60,740 nt of DNA from Minisyncoccota bacterium (GCA_041663185.1 JBAZQY010000003.1:1-60740), one strand, 5' to 3'. Shown: positions 18,257 through 28,343, numbered from the stretch's first letter. Notes: generated by a model not told the origin, from the letters alone. Made by a program: numbers and translations.

Positions 18257-18739
18257 TTAAGCCGATTTTGCTTTACGAGTAGCATAAACTACACCCCCAA
18301 TAGCAAGCAATCCGAGTAATGACATAAAAGCTATATTCATCGAACTTATCGGAGCTACTCCTGTTGTGGGTAAATAAGGAGTAATAATAGGTGCATAGTA
18401 AAACTCAGCAAGGAGTTCTCCATTACAAGGATTTCCATTGGTCAAACTATACCCAAACATTGAAGTACATCCTTCAATAGACAATATTGCTTCAGATGTT
18501 CCACTGCAAGCATTTCCATTTGAAGTACTATAACCTATAACACTTGGGCAACCTGCCAATCTTTCTGTAGCATTTGATGTTCCATTACAAGGATCTCCAT
18601 TTGTAATACTGTAACCAATAGCAGAAGAACATCCAGTAGGAAATGTTTGAGCTGCTTGTACTTTTGATGCGGTATAACCTGAAAAAGTTATTACGAATGC
18701 AAATACAAATGCAAATGAAACTATTTTTTTAATAATCAT
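18257..18739 (-). CDS. Secreted LPxTG-anchored protein with three Cys-bracketed repeats
   Basis: Signal peptide; CxSxxGYSxxNGxxC three times; LPTTG + hydrophobic helix + RKAKSA tail. Confidence 0.8.
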   Translation of the reverse strand: MIIKKIVSFAFVFAFVITFSGYTASKVQAAQTFPTGCSSAIGYSITNGDPCNGTSNATERLAGCPSVIGYSTSNGNACSGTSEAILSIEGCTSMFGYSLTNGNPCNGELLAEFYYAPIITPYLPTTGVAPISSMNIAFMSLLGLLAIGGVVYATRKAKSA

Positions 18740-18951
18740 AAATTTTATATAAATTAAGATTCTTTAATAAACAATAAGAGATTAACCTAGCAATACGACC
18801 AATTTACGCAAAATAAGCATAAAAGACTGCAAAAGATATAGTCTCTTACTTATTTATGCCGTTTCAAATAAAAAATTATTACATAAATTTTATTTATCTG
18901 GTTCATTAAATATTCTCCTCTTTAATTAGTTTACAGTAATTAGAACCCATC

Positions 18952-19656
18952 CTATATTATAAGTGCTAGATGTTCTAAAATCATTTTGACCGATGCTCCG
19001 GGGGTACTCAAGTATCCACGAGCTTTTTGTAATTCACTTAAAATAAATTGCGTCTTTTCATTTTTTTTATCTTTTTTAAATTTTTGGTAGAAAACATTTT
19101 CGAGTTCATTTACAAATGTCGTTGCATAAAATCGTAATTGGCCACTATTATCTTCATCTTTGTTTTCTTTTACAATTTGAGCAACTTGATCAATTCTCTC
19201 TTTGGGAGTAGCTGTTAAAAATATAGTGACAGATTTTTGTAAATCTTTACCAGTTAATTGTTCTGTTTTGACAACATGAGTTCTTGATAAAATCGTTCCC
19301 GCTAATCGAGATGCATCTGGAACTACAATAAAAAAATGGGTATTTTCTGTTGGTTCTTCTATTATTTTTAAAAGTGTTTGCTCAGCTTCACGATTTATAA
19401 ATTTGGTCGCGACAATACAAACTTTTTTACCTCCACTAATTCCTCGTCGATTATGCCAATCTTTTATTTCACCATTATCATTCATCGTGAACGATTCATA
19501 AACTTGAAATAAAACATCGGGGCTCTGACTTTTAATTTCGCCGCGCACCTCCAAAAACTTCAACAACTCTACTCCTGTTGTTTCCGGCTCTCCTTCTACT
19601 ACATAACTATGATATAAATTTTGTGGAAATAGTTCTTCAAAAATGTTTTTTGTCAT
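18952..19656 (-). CDS. holB: DNA polymerase III delta' subunit-like protein
   Basis: YHSYVVEG, SPDV, AEQTLLKIIEEP, LAGTILSR. Confidence 0.8.
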   Translation of the reverse strand: MTKNIFEELFPQNLYHSYVVEGEPETTGVELLKFLEVRGEIKSQSPDVLFQVYESFTMNDNGEIKDWHNRRGISGGKKVCIVATKFINREAEQTLLKIIEEPTENTHFFIVVPDASRLAGTILSRTHVVKTEQLTGKDLQKSVTIFLTATPKERIDQVAQIVKENKDEDNSGQLRFYATTFVNELENVFYQKFKKDKKNEKTQFILSELQKARGYLSTPGASVKMILEHLALII

Positions 19657-19663
19657 ATATTCT

Positions 19664-19690
19664 TCTCCGCTAGGACTTTCCTAGCGGAGA
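19664..19690. repeat. REP-like 27-bp palindrome, copy 1
   Basis: tctccgctagga-ctt-tcctagcggaga. Confidence 0.95.
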
Positions 19691-19704
19691 TCTTAATAAA
19701 TAAT

Positions 19705-20289
19705 TTACGAACTTATACCTTTTTTATTTAAATAACTAATAAACTCATTATAACTTTTTACATTCTCTTTTATGACTGCATTATAAATATCGGTGCTAAA
19801 AATCGTCTTCCTATATTCAGGATGAACTGCCATTTGATTTTTGATTATTAAAATACTTTTTCTCTTTTCTTCATTTATATTGTTATTAAGCCATTCAACA
19901 TCGTCCTTGCCACTATGCTGTTTTTCATTATGAATAAACCAAATATCAATCTTCCAAAGTTCTTGATCTTTAAATTGAAATCCTAAATATAAACCATCGG
20001 GATTTTCTGCTCGTATTCTACCTCCAATATTATTATTTAGTTGTATATTCTTTATATTATCAATTTCGAATAAATAGCTCACTGTATCAAATATATTTTG
20101 AAATGATTTGGTTTCATCTACTAGCTCAATATCAATATCCCTCCAAGTCATTAGACTTGTAGCTAAACTACCTGTTATAAATGGTTGGCCATATTTTGAA
20201 ATAAATTGAATGAGTTGTAATTTTTCTAAAACATCACTCCCTTCTTTTTGTAATTTATTCTGTTGTAGAACTAAGTCGTTATAATCCAT
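19705..20289 (-). CDS. Pol-beta-superfamily nucleotidyltransferase-like protein
   Basis: ITGSLATSLMTWRDIDI (GS...DxD) and WKIDIW. Confidence 0.65.
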   Translation of the reverse strand: MDYNDLVLQQNKLQKEGSDVLEKLQLIQFISKYGQPFITGSLATSLMTWRDIDIELVDETKSFQNIFDTVSYLFEIDNIKNIQLNNNIGGRIRAENPDGLYLGFQFKDQELWKIDIWFIHNEKQHSGKDDVEWLNNNINEEKRKSILIIKNQMAVHPEYRKTIFSTDIYNAVIKENVKSYNEFISYLNKKGISS

Positions 20290-20325
20290 ATTTTTATTAT
20301 ATATTAATTTAATCTAAAATCATTT

Positions 20326-20352
20326 TCTCCGCTAGGACTTTCCTAGCGGAGA
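20326..20352. repeat. REP-like 27-bp palindrome, copy 2
   Basis: Identical to copy 1; abuts the RAYT stop codon. Confidence 0.95.
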
Positions 20353-21009
20353 TTAATTTTTAAAAGATAACCATTCAAATATTTCCTTTTTAAAATATTT
20401 TTCCGTGGAAAAATACTGAGGAAAATTATCTATATTTAAAACTTTGTTCTGAACTCTATTTTCTCCTAAATAATCAGCATAACTAGAATATTTATACTCA
20501 TTTAAAAATTTAAGGGCTTGATTTTTATTTTTAATCCCTTCTTCTTTCCATTTTTTATCTATAAGTTTTATTGGATTAAGATGTATGTAAGAATATAAAT
20601 ATTTTAAATATCTATCATGATCTACATGCTCTGCTTTAAACTTACCCTCAAAAAGACTTCCTGTTCTTTCGTATTTTTTATTAAAATACATTACATAAGC
20701 AGTTAAAAGCTTTTTCATAAACTTACTAATTCCTTCATCTTCTTTTTGTATAATTAAAATATGAAAATGGTTAGGCATTAAACAATATGCTCCTATACTA
20801 ACTAAAAGATTTTTTCTTTTTACATTAAAAAGACCCTCATCTTTCTGTAAATTATCAGATTTAAAATTTTCAATTTGATTACAAGCATACATTAAGCCGA
20901 CAAAACGCTTATAATCTTCTTTATCTTTAAAAATAACTTTTTTATCATTTCCACGATTGTAAAGATGAAAATATTCACCTTGAATAAATTTTATTTTTCG
21001 TAGTGCCAT
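20353..21009 (-). mobile_element. REP-associated tyrosine transposase (RAYT, Y1 HUH family)
   Basis: HLYNRG, AYCLMPNHFHIL (HUH), YFNKKYERTGSLFEGKF, catalytic YIHLNP; flanked by inverted REP copies. Start moved to MALRK (21009). Confidence 0.93.
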
Positions 21010-21030
21010 GTTTATATTATATAACAATAT

Positions 21031-21057
21031 TCTCCGCTAGGAAAGTCCTAGCGGAGA
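21031..21057. repeat. REP-like 27-bp palindrome, copy 3 (opposite orientation)
   Basis: tctccgctagga-aag-tcctagcggaga, the reverse complement of copies 1 and 2. Confidence 0.95.
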
Positions 21058-21068
21058 ATTCATAAATG

Positions 21069-21953
21069 CTATTGTACCTCAATTTCAAAAATATCCGAAA
21101 GCTCATCTGAATAATAAAATTCATGGCCCAAATCACCAAAAGTATATTCCGTATTATTTATATTAATCACTGCTCCACCAATTAATGGATTTTCCTTTGG
21201 AACTGAGTAATAAAAACCAAGGTTGTAAAGGGTTGATAATATTCCTGCATTTTTACTTATGTCATAGCCTGACGCTTCCCACTGAGCAATAATTTCTTTC
21301 ATATAAAGACCAACATATAAATAGGAGTAGTAGGGGTCTTTCGCATTGGTTATTCTATTCATTCTTTCCACTTCAATGTTTACCCCATCTTTATAATCAA
21401 CAATATGCTCCATCTCAGGACCTAGATAAAATGGCGAATCTATATCTTTTAAATTATTTTCAATAATACTGACTGTTTTAGGTTTTAATCCGGCTATCCC
21501 AAAAGAAGTATTTGATAGAGAGGCTAAAATTTTTAGTGGTTCAAAATAATTTTTAAAAGATTCCCTTCTATTTCCAAAAAATCGAAACTGCTCACCAATT
21601 ACTCCACTTAATATTAATCTTGGAGAAATTTGTGCGTCCCTACCAGCTTTTTTTATAATTTCTTGATCGCGAGTAAAAACTTCTTTCATAAGATTCCACT
21701 CGTCTGTATTTGCCCAGGGGTATGGAGAGATTTGAGGATTTAGTTTGTTTTGAATGATATCATCGTTATTATTTTTTATCCCCATTTTATTCATATTAAA
21801 ATACGAATTTCTTTCTGAAACAGAACCTTTCACGTTTAGCCAGCCATACTGCATTGCCACATAAACACCACAAAAAATAAAACCAACTAAAGCAAATCCA
21901 AACAGAAGGACGCGAAAGATATTTCGTTTTAATTTTTTAAAATTATTTATCAT
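21069..21953 (-). CDS. Membrane-anchored protein with possible lysozyme/lytic-transglycosylase-like fold
   Basis: N-terminal TM; VIGEQ, SFGIAGLKPKT and TLYNLG echo SLT motifs I-III. Confidence 0.5.
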   Translation of the reverse strand: MINNFKKLKRNIFRVLLFGFALVGFIFCGVYVAMQYGWLNVKGSVSERNSYFNMNKMGIKNNNDDIIQNKLNPQISPYPWANTDEWNLMKEVFTRDQEIIKKAGRDAQISPRLILSGVIGEQFRFFGNRRESFKNYFEPLKILASLSNTSFGIAGLKPKTVSIIENNLKDIDSPFYLGPEMEHIVDYKDGVNIEVERMNRITNAKDPYYSYLYVGLYMKEIIAQWEASGYDISKNAGILSTLYNLGFYYSVPKENPLIGGAVININNTEYTFGDLGHEFYYSDELSDIFEIEVQ

Positions 21954-22966
21954 TATTTTTTACTTAAAATACTTTTTTTATAAGTGTCTAAATGATTTAA
22001 TGCTTCCCCCGTACCCTTGGCAACACAAAGAAGTGGTTCATCGGCGACTCTGGCTTTTACTCCAGTTCGACGATAAATCAAATCGGCTAAATTACGAAGT
22101 AGAGATGATCCACCAGTCATAATAATTCCGTCATCAATAATATCAGCCGCAAGTTCTGGAGGAGTTTGTGATAAAACATCTTTAATTGCAGTAATCATTG
22201 CACGGAGTTCTTTGTCTATGGCTCTGACTATTTCATTTGTTGAAATTTGGGCTGTCCTTGGTAAACCTTGAATATAATCACGGCCTTTAATTGTAATTGT
22301 TAATTCTTCTTCAAGTGGTATTGCCGCGCCAATTTTTATTTTGATTGCTTCAGCAGTTCTATCGCCGATCGCTAAGTTAAAAGTTTTCTTTATGTAGTCG
22401 GTAATTGCCTGGTCGATTTTATCACCTGCACACTTAACGGAAGTCGAGGCCACAATTCCTCCGAGAGCGATCACTGCAATATCAGTCGTCCCACCACCAA
22501 TATCCATAATCATATATCCACGTGAATCTTGAATATGAACACCAGCTCCAATAGCAGCGAGTATTGGCTCTTTAACAACGTAAGCATTTTTTGCTCCAGC
22601 CCGGATTGCCGCTTCTACTACCGCTCGACGTTCAGTTGAGGTAATTCCTGCTGGAACCGAGACCATAACGTCTGGTTTAAATAAATTATATTTACCAAGA
22701 GTTTTACTAATGAAATATCGAAGCATCGCTTCGGTCACACGGTAATCAGCAATCACCCCATCTTTCATCGGCCGATAAACAATTATATTTTCAGGAGTTT
22801 TCCCAATCATTTCTTTAGCTTCAATACCAATGGCCATGATTGTATTATCTTGTTCAGAAACGGCTACTACTGAGGGTTCATTTAAAACAATACCCTTACC
22901 TGGAAGATACACCAAGGTATTAGCTGTGCCTAAATCTATTCCCAATTTTTTAGAAAAAATAGCCAT
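21953..22966 (-). CDS. mreB: Rod shape-determining protein MreB
   Basis: GIDLGTANT, EPSVVA, RPMKDGVIAD, DIGGGTTD, MTGGSSLL. Confidence 0.97.
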   Translation of the reverse strand: MAIFSKKLGIDLGTANTLVYLPGKGIVLNEPSVVAVSEQDNTIMAIGIEAKEMIGKTPENIIVYRPMKDGVIADYRVTEAMLRYFISKTLGKYNLFKPDVMVSVPAGITSTERRAVVEAAIRAGAKNAYVVKEPILAAIGAGVHIQDSRGYMIMDIGGGTTDIAVIALGGIVASTSVKCAGDKIDQAITDYIKKTFNLAIGDRTAEAIKIKIGAAIPLEEELTITIKGRDYIQGLPRTAQISTNEIVRAIDKELRAMITAIKDVLSQTPPELAADIIDDGIIMTGGSSLLRNLADLIYRRTGVKARVADEPLLCVAKGTGEALNHLDTYKKSILSKK

Positions 22967-23071
22967 AAATAAGTGATTACAAATCCACTATAGCATAAAA
23001 TTATAAATTTTTAAATTTATAATTTTATGCTATTAATTCTTGATTTTGTATCTATGTGATACGATATTAGT

Positions 23072-25024
23072 ATGTATATCGCGACAGTTATACCACTTAC
23101 AAAAGGAGCTTACCAGAAAGAATATCTTTCTTATTTTTCTATCAACGACATCCCACTTGGTAGCATTGTCACAATCCCGGTCAGGTCTAAAACACAAGAT
23201 GCTATTGTTATCAATATAGAAGAAGCCAGAGATATAAAATCTGATTTAAAGAATGCTGATTTTCAATTAAAAAAAATAATCAAAGTGAAAGGTGAATCAC
23301 CTTTTTCTAAAAGTTTTTTTATTGCTTGCCAAAAATTAAAAATTTATACTGTAAGTAACATCGGTGCAATTATTAAATCTCTTTTGCCTTCTATTTTTAT
23401 TGAAAATATTAGTAAATTAAAAAAATTTCCCATTCAAGAAGAATTCGAAACTGAAAACATTACACATGAGAAATTAATTTTTCAAGCAATCTTGCCTGAT
23501 CGTTTAGCTTTTTATCGAACTCTTATTCGTGAAGCTTTTGCCAAAAAAGAATCTGTTTTCATTTGTGTCCCTACTCTCTATGATATCGACCATTTTCATA
23601 AAGAATTAGCTCGTGGTATTGAACAATATGTTTTTACTTTTCATTCCGACTTAACAAAAAAAGCCTTAATTGATACATATAATTCATCCCTGCATGAAAT
23701 CCACCCAATCCTCATTATTGGAACGGGAATATTTCTTTCTAACCCTCGACACGATATTAAAACCATTATTCTTGAACATGAAAGTTCGGACGTTTACAAA
23801 CAAATAGGACGACCCTATATAGATATTCGAACTTTCGCCGAAATTTTATCTTCGATTCAAAAAACAAAATTAATTATAGGTGATACACTTTTGCGTCCGG
23901 AGACACTATACAGACATGACACGGGAGAATTCGGAGAAATAGCTTCACCATTATATCGCCTACCACAAACTGAAAATCAAATCTTAGTTGATATGAAAAA
24001 TGAAATCAGTGACACCGGTAAAAAAATTTTCAAAACAATCTCACAAACAACAAAAGAGGCCATAGATAAAACTCTAGCAAACAATAAATCAATTTTTCTA
24101 TTTTCTGTTCGTAAGGGACTTGCTCCGATCACTGTCTGTAGTGATTGTGGAAAAACTCTCTTGTGCCCTGATTGTGCTACTCCGATTGTTCTTTACGGGA
24201 CCAAGCAATTAACTGCCAATAAATCCACCACCCCAAGAATTTTTATGTGTAATAAATGTGGCCGAAAAGAAAAAACGGAAATTCGTTGCCCTCATTGCTC
24301 CAGTTGGAATTTGACTCCTCTTGGAGTTGGGACTGATAAGGTTTATGAAGAAATTATAAATTTATATCCTACAACAAAAGTTATTCAGATAGACAAAGAA
24401 GCCACTCCAACTCAAAAAGAAGCAAAAAATGCTATTGCTTTATTTAACAAAAATCCTGGCATTATTTTAATTGGAACTGAAATGGCTTTTTCTTATATAA
24501 AAGAACAAATCGATAGTAGCGCAATTATTTCCCTTGATGGACTCTTCTCTGTCCCGAGTTTTAATATTACTCAAAAAATTCTACACATTATCGAAAAATT
24601 ACATTTCATCACATTAAATAATCTAATTATTCAAACGCGTATTCCTGAAAACAAAATCTTGCAATATATTTTAAGTGGTAATGTTTTGCCTCTTTGTCGA
24701 GAAGATTTAGCGGAAAGAAAAGATTTCGGCTATCCTCCATTTAAACGGCTTATTAAAATTACCTTTGAAGGCTCAGCCTCTGATACAGAGAAAGCTCGGG
24801 CTTTCATTGAAAATATTTTAGGAAATTATGAACCACAAATATTTTCGGCGTTTGTTAGTCGTGTTAGAGGTCAGTATATTACAAATACTGTTATCAAAGT
24901 TGATCCAAAAATTTGGCCTCTGCCAACTGATGAAAAAAAATTACTAGACAATGATTTGGCTCAAAATCTCGCCAAACTTCCTCCATCATTTTCTATAAAT
25001 GTTGACCCGGAAGATTTGTTATGA
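23072..25024 (+). CDS. priA: Primosomal protein N' (PriA)-like, helicase motifs degenerate
   Basis: N-terminal 3' DNA-binding-like region, two Zn-knuckle pairs (CSDC/CPDC/CNKC/CPHC), GVGTDKV, ERKDFGYPPF; no GxTGSGKT. Confidence 0.85.
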   Translation: MYIATVIPLTKGAYQKEYLSYFSINDIPLGSIVTIPVRSKTQDAIVINIEEARDIKSDLKNADFQLKKIIKVKGESPFSKSFFIACQKLKIYTVSNIGAIIKSLLPSIFIENISKLKKFPIQEEFETENITHEKLIFQAILPDRLAFYRTLIREAFAKKESVFICVPTLYDIDHFHKELARGIEQYVFTFHSDLTKKALIDTYNSSLHEIHPILIIGTGIFLSNPRHDIKTIILEHESSDVYKQIGRPYIDIRTFAEILSSIQKTKLIIGDTLLRPETLYRHDTGEFGEIASPLYRLPQTENQILVDMKNEISDTGKKIFKTISQTTKEAIDKTLANNKSIFLFSVRKGLAPITVCSDCGKTLLCPDCATPIVLYGTKQLTANKSTTPRIFMCNKCGRKEKTEIRCPHCSSWNLTPLGVGTDKVYEEIINLYPTTKVIQIDKEATPTQKEAKNAIALFNKNPGIILIGTEMAFSYIKEQIDSSAIISLDGLFSVPSFNITQKILHIIEKLHFITLNNLIIQTRIPENKILQYILSGNVLPLCREDLAERKDFGYPPFKRLIKITFEGSASDTEKARAFIENILGNYEPQIFSAFVSRVRGQYITNTVIKVDPKIWPLPTDEKKLLDNDLAQNLAKLPPSFSINVDPEDLL

Positions 25025-25030
25025 TAATAT
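25002..25030 (+). promoter_or_regulatory. Promoter for rpsU (near-leaderless)
   Basis: TTGACC-17 bp-TAATAT, 7 nt before the ATG at 25038. Confidence 0.55.
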
Positions 25031-25037
25031 ACTGTTT

Positions 25038-25289
25038 ATGATAACAGTTATAGAAGTTAAGAAAAATGCAAATGAAAGCAATATGAATCTAATTCGTCGA
25101 TTCAGTCGCAAAGTACAAGAATCAGGAATTATTCAAAAAGTTAAAAGTAAGCGTTATAATCAAAGAACCGAGTCTAGAGTAAAAATTAAAGCTGGAACGT
25201 TAAAACGCTTAGCAAATAAAAAAAAGCAAGAAAAACTCTTTAAGCTTGGTAAAGCAACCAAAACTTTTAAAAAGAAAGGACATAGATAA
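25038..25289 (+). CDS. rpsU: 30S ribosomal protein S21
   Basis: IEVKKNANES...LIRRFSRKVQESGII...KRY; start moved to 25038. Confidence 0.85.
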   Translation: MITVIEVKKNANESNMNLIRRFSRKVQESGIIQKVKSKRYNQRTESRVKIKAGTLKRLANKKKQEKLFKLGKATKTFKKKGHR

Positions 25290-25682
25290 TTGCTTATGCT
25301 AAATACGGGTTATTGCACTATTACAAATAGAACAAAAGGGCATCTTCCACGATGCCCTTTTGAAACTATTAAAAATAAAATTTTGGGTAAAAATTATGAA
25401 TTAGGAATAATTTTTTTACCTGCCTCAAAACAAAAACAAATCAACTTAACTTACCGCGGGAAAAATGAAACGACAAATATTCTCTCTTTTCCTTTCTCAA
25501 AAACCTCTGGTGAAATTACTTTCGATTTATTGAGAGTTAAAAAAGATTCTAGTTTATTTGAGATGAGTTATCCAGAATTCTTAAAATATCTACTTATCCA
25601 CGGGTGCTTGCATTTGAAAGGTTTCGAACATAGTAGTACAATGGAGGAACAAGAAAGGAAGTATCTTAAAATGTTTTCATAG
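25290..25682 (+). CDS. ybeY: rRNA maturation RNase YbeY
   Basis: NLTYRGKNETTNILSFP, HGCLHLKGFEH. Confidence 0.92.
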   Translation: MLMLNTGYCTITNRTKGHLPRCPFETIKNKILGKNYELGIIFLPASKQKQINLTYRGKNETTNILSFPFSKTSGEITFDLLRVKKDSSLFEMSYPEFLKYLLIHGCLHLKGFEHSSTMEEQERKYLKMFS

Positions 25683-25706
25683 CCACCTTCTTTCTTCCCC
25701 CAACTC

Positions 25707-26882
25707 ATGTTAAAAAATAATTACACTTGCGGTATTGATATTGGTACACATTCTACAAAAGTCGTAGTGATGGGTTTTGATAAAGGTAAAAAAGATCCGA
25801 TGGTCCTTGCCACTGGTATCGCTGAAACAAAAGGTATGCGTTTTGGTTATATCAAAAACGTAGATGAAGTTGCCTTAAGTATCAAAAAAGCCGTTAAACA
25901 AACCGAAAATATTCTTGGGATAAAGATTCGTCAAGCTTATATTTCTGTCGGAGGAATTAGCCTTAGCTCAACGGTCTCTTCCGGTTCAGTCATCATTTCA
26001 AAAGCTGATCAAGAAATTACAAATCTGGATGTTACTAAAGCAATCGCCAACAGCGAAGAAAATCTTGATATTGTCAACAAAAAAATTATTCACAGCATCC
26101 CACTTGGTTTTAAATTAGATGGCAAAGATATCTACGTACGACCCGAAGGATTACGTGGTATCAAGCTAGAAGTTAAAACTCTTTTTATAACTTGTTTAAA
26201 GCAAAATATTGATGATCTAATAACAGCACTCGCTTTAGCTAAAATAGATATTGAAGAAATTATCGCTTCACCGCTTGTTACCGGAAATACTCTTTTAGGT
26301 AATAAACAAAAAATAGCAGGTTGTGTTCTTGTTGATATTGGAGCCGAAACTGTTGCTACTATTGTTTTTGAAAATAACTTACCTATTTCTGTTCAAGTTT
26401 TCCCTATTGGCAGTATGGATATTACAAAAGATATCGCCTTGGGTCTGAAAATTTCTCTCGAAGAAGCCGAAAGTATTAAGCTCGGGAGTGTTATTGGTGG
26501 AGATTATTCAAAGAAAAAAATTGATGAAATCATTGAAGCCCGTTTGGGAGATATATTTGAACTTGTCGGCAATCATTTGAAGCGTTTGAAGCGTAATGAA
26601 CTTTTGCCAGCAGGTATTGTGATTACAGGGGGAGGTTCTCTAATAAATAATATTACTGATATCGCGCGAGGGCAACTTAAACTTCCCGCACGAACAGAAC
26701 CAACCGATTCAACTTTTAAAAATAAATTTAAACTTCGAGATGCTTCTTGGTACACAGCACTCGGACTCGCATTATCGACTAGTGATGATTATGCTATTAA
26801 TCAATCTGATAGTTCCATCGGTGGAAATATAAAAGAAGTAAAAAGTTTCTTTAAATCTATCTTGTCTCAGCTCTTACCATAG
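25707..26882 (+). CDS. ftsA: Cell division protein FtsA
   Basis: GIDIGTHSTK, DIGAETV, ITKDIA, VITGGGS; directly upstream of ftsZ. Confidence 0.95.
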   Translation: MLKNNYTCGIDIGTHSTKVVVMGFDKGKKDPMVLATGIAETKGMRFGYIKNVDEVALSIKKAVKQTENILGIKIRQAYISVGGISLSSTVSSGSVIISKADQEITNLDVTKAIANSEENLDIVNKKIIHSIPLGFKLDGKDIYVRPEGLRGIKLEVKTLFITCLKQNIDDLITALALAKIDIEEIIASPLVTGNTLLGNKQKIAGCVLVDIGAETVATIVFENNLPISVQVFPIGSMDITKDIALGLKISLEEAESIKLGSVIGGDYSKKKIDEIIEARLGDIFELVGNHLKRLKRNELLPAGIVITGGGSLINNITDIARGQLKLPARTEPTDSTFKNKFKLRDASWYTALGLALSTSDDYAINQSDSSIGGNIKEVKSFFKSILSQLLP

Positions 26883-26995
26883 TTCTATAAGGAAATGGAA
26901 AGCATTTTTGTCAAATCTTCCCTTTTTTTTAACTTCTGGTATGATATACATACGAAAATTTATTATTAATAAAGGGCTCAAACCTTATAAATTAT

Positions 26996-28177
26996 ATGCC
27001 TAAAATAAACCCGGAGATCGAATCATTTGCAAGAATTAAAGTTATTGGTATTGGTGGTTCTGGAAAGAATGCACTCAACCATATGATTAATTCGAAAGTT
27101 CGAGGAGTTGAATTCATTGTAATGAATACCGACACTCAGGACTTACACAATTCATTAGCAGAAAAAAAAGTCCATCTAGGAAAAAATCTAACTCACGGAT
27201 TGGGAGCTGGAATGAATCCAGAAGTTGGTCGTCGCGCTGCTGAAGAAACAAAAGCCGAAATACAAGATGTCATCAAAGGAGCTGATATGGTCTTCATTGC
27301 TTGCGGTATGGGTGGAGGAACAGGAACAGGAGCCGCTCCGATTGTTGCTCAAGCGGCAAAAGAACAAGGGATACTTACTGTCGCCGTTGTTACTAAACCA
27401 TTTTCTTTTGAAGGAAATCAAAGAATGAAAATCGCAGACTTGGGTTTAGCTGATCTTGAAAAAGAAGTTGATGCAATCCTTGTTATTCCAAACGATAGAT
27501 TAATTGTTATCTCTGGTAAAGAAGTAGGATTCCGACAGGCTTTTGCAATGTGTGATGAAGTTTTGAAACAAGCCGTTGAAGGAATCTCTGAACTAATTAC
27601 AACTCCGGGAATGATTAACGTCGACTTTGCTGATATTAAAGCTGTGATGTTTGATGCTGGAAGTGCCTTGATGGGTATCGGTATTGCTGCTGGTGAAGGA
27701 CGTGCAGAAAAAGCAGCTCTTCAAGCTATCAATTCCCCACTTCTCGACCTTTCTATCTCAGGCGCAAAAGGAGTATTATTTGCAATTTCAGGTGGTGAAG
27801 ATTTAACAATTCATGAAATTCAAGAAGCGGCAAAAGTCATAACTGAATCCATCGACAAAGATGCTAAAGTTATTTTTGGAACAATTCGTGATGATAAACT
27901 CAAAAAAGGAGAAATGAAAGTTACGGTTATCGCCACAGGATTCCCTACCGATATGCCAAAGCGTTCTCTTTTCCAAATTGGCCAAAAAGCAAACGAACAA
28001 ACTGTTGCCAATTCTACTAAAGAAGAAATATTGCAGGCTGTCGTCAAAGATACCAAAAATGGTTCTTCTGATTACATGAAAAAAACTGAGAAAGAAAAAG
28101 TTGAAGATGATTTATTTATTGACGATACTGATGATTGGAGCACCGTTCCAGCATTTCTAAGACGAAATAAAAAATAG
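26996..28177 (+). CDS. ftsZ: Cell division protein FtsZ
   Basis: [20 protein letters not shown]-terminal VPAFLRR. Confidence 0.99.
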   Translation: MPKINPEIESFARIKVIGIGGSGKNALNHMINSKVRGVEFIVMNTDTQDLHNSLAEKKVHLGKNLTHGLGAGMNPEVGRRAAEETKAEIQDVIKGADMVFIACGMGGGTGTGAAPIVAQAAKEQGILTVAVVTKPFSFEGNQRMKIADLGLADLEKEVDAILVIPNDRLIVISGKEVGFRQAFAMCDEVLKQAVEGISELITTPGMINVDFADIKAVMFDAGSALMGIGIAAGEGRAEKAALQAINSPLLDLSISGAKGVLFAISGGEDLTIHEIQEAAKVITESIDKDAKVIFGTIRDDKLKKGEMKVTVIATGFPTDMPKRSLFQIGQKANEQTVANSTKEEILQAVVKDTKNGSSDYMKKTEKEKVEDDLFIDDTDDWSTVPAFLRRNKK

Positions 28178-28187
28178 CAGAAAAAAG

Positions 28188-28280
28188 CAGGCTATATATA
28201 AAATTTTTTGAGTAGGTGTGGGCGCGCGCCGAGGCGAAGCCGAGGTAGGGATAAGCGAGAAAAATTTTATATATAGCCTG
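28188..28280. repeat. Hairpin element, family A-related (expanded core)
   Basis: Perfect 21-bp arms caggctatatataaaattttt; 51-nt core shares GTGTnGGnGC...TAGGGnTAAGCG with family A. Confidence 0.85.
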
Positions 28281-28343
28281 TTTTTCTATTATTATTAAGA
28301 ATTTTTTATATTATTATGACCTATTTTATGTTAGAATATCTAT

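Noticed and set aside
19664-21057. Three identical 27-mers read as CRISPR repeats
   Set aside because: They are spaced ~660-700 bp apart, separated by whole genes, and one is inverted; this fits REPs around a RAYT.
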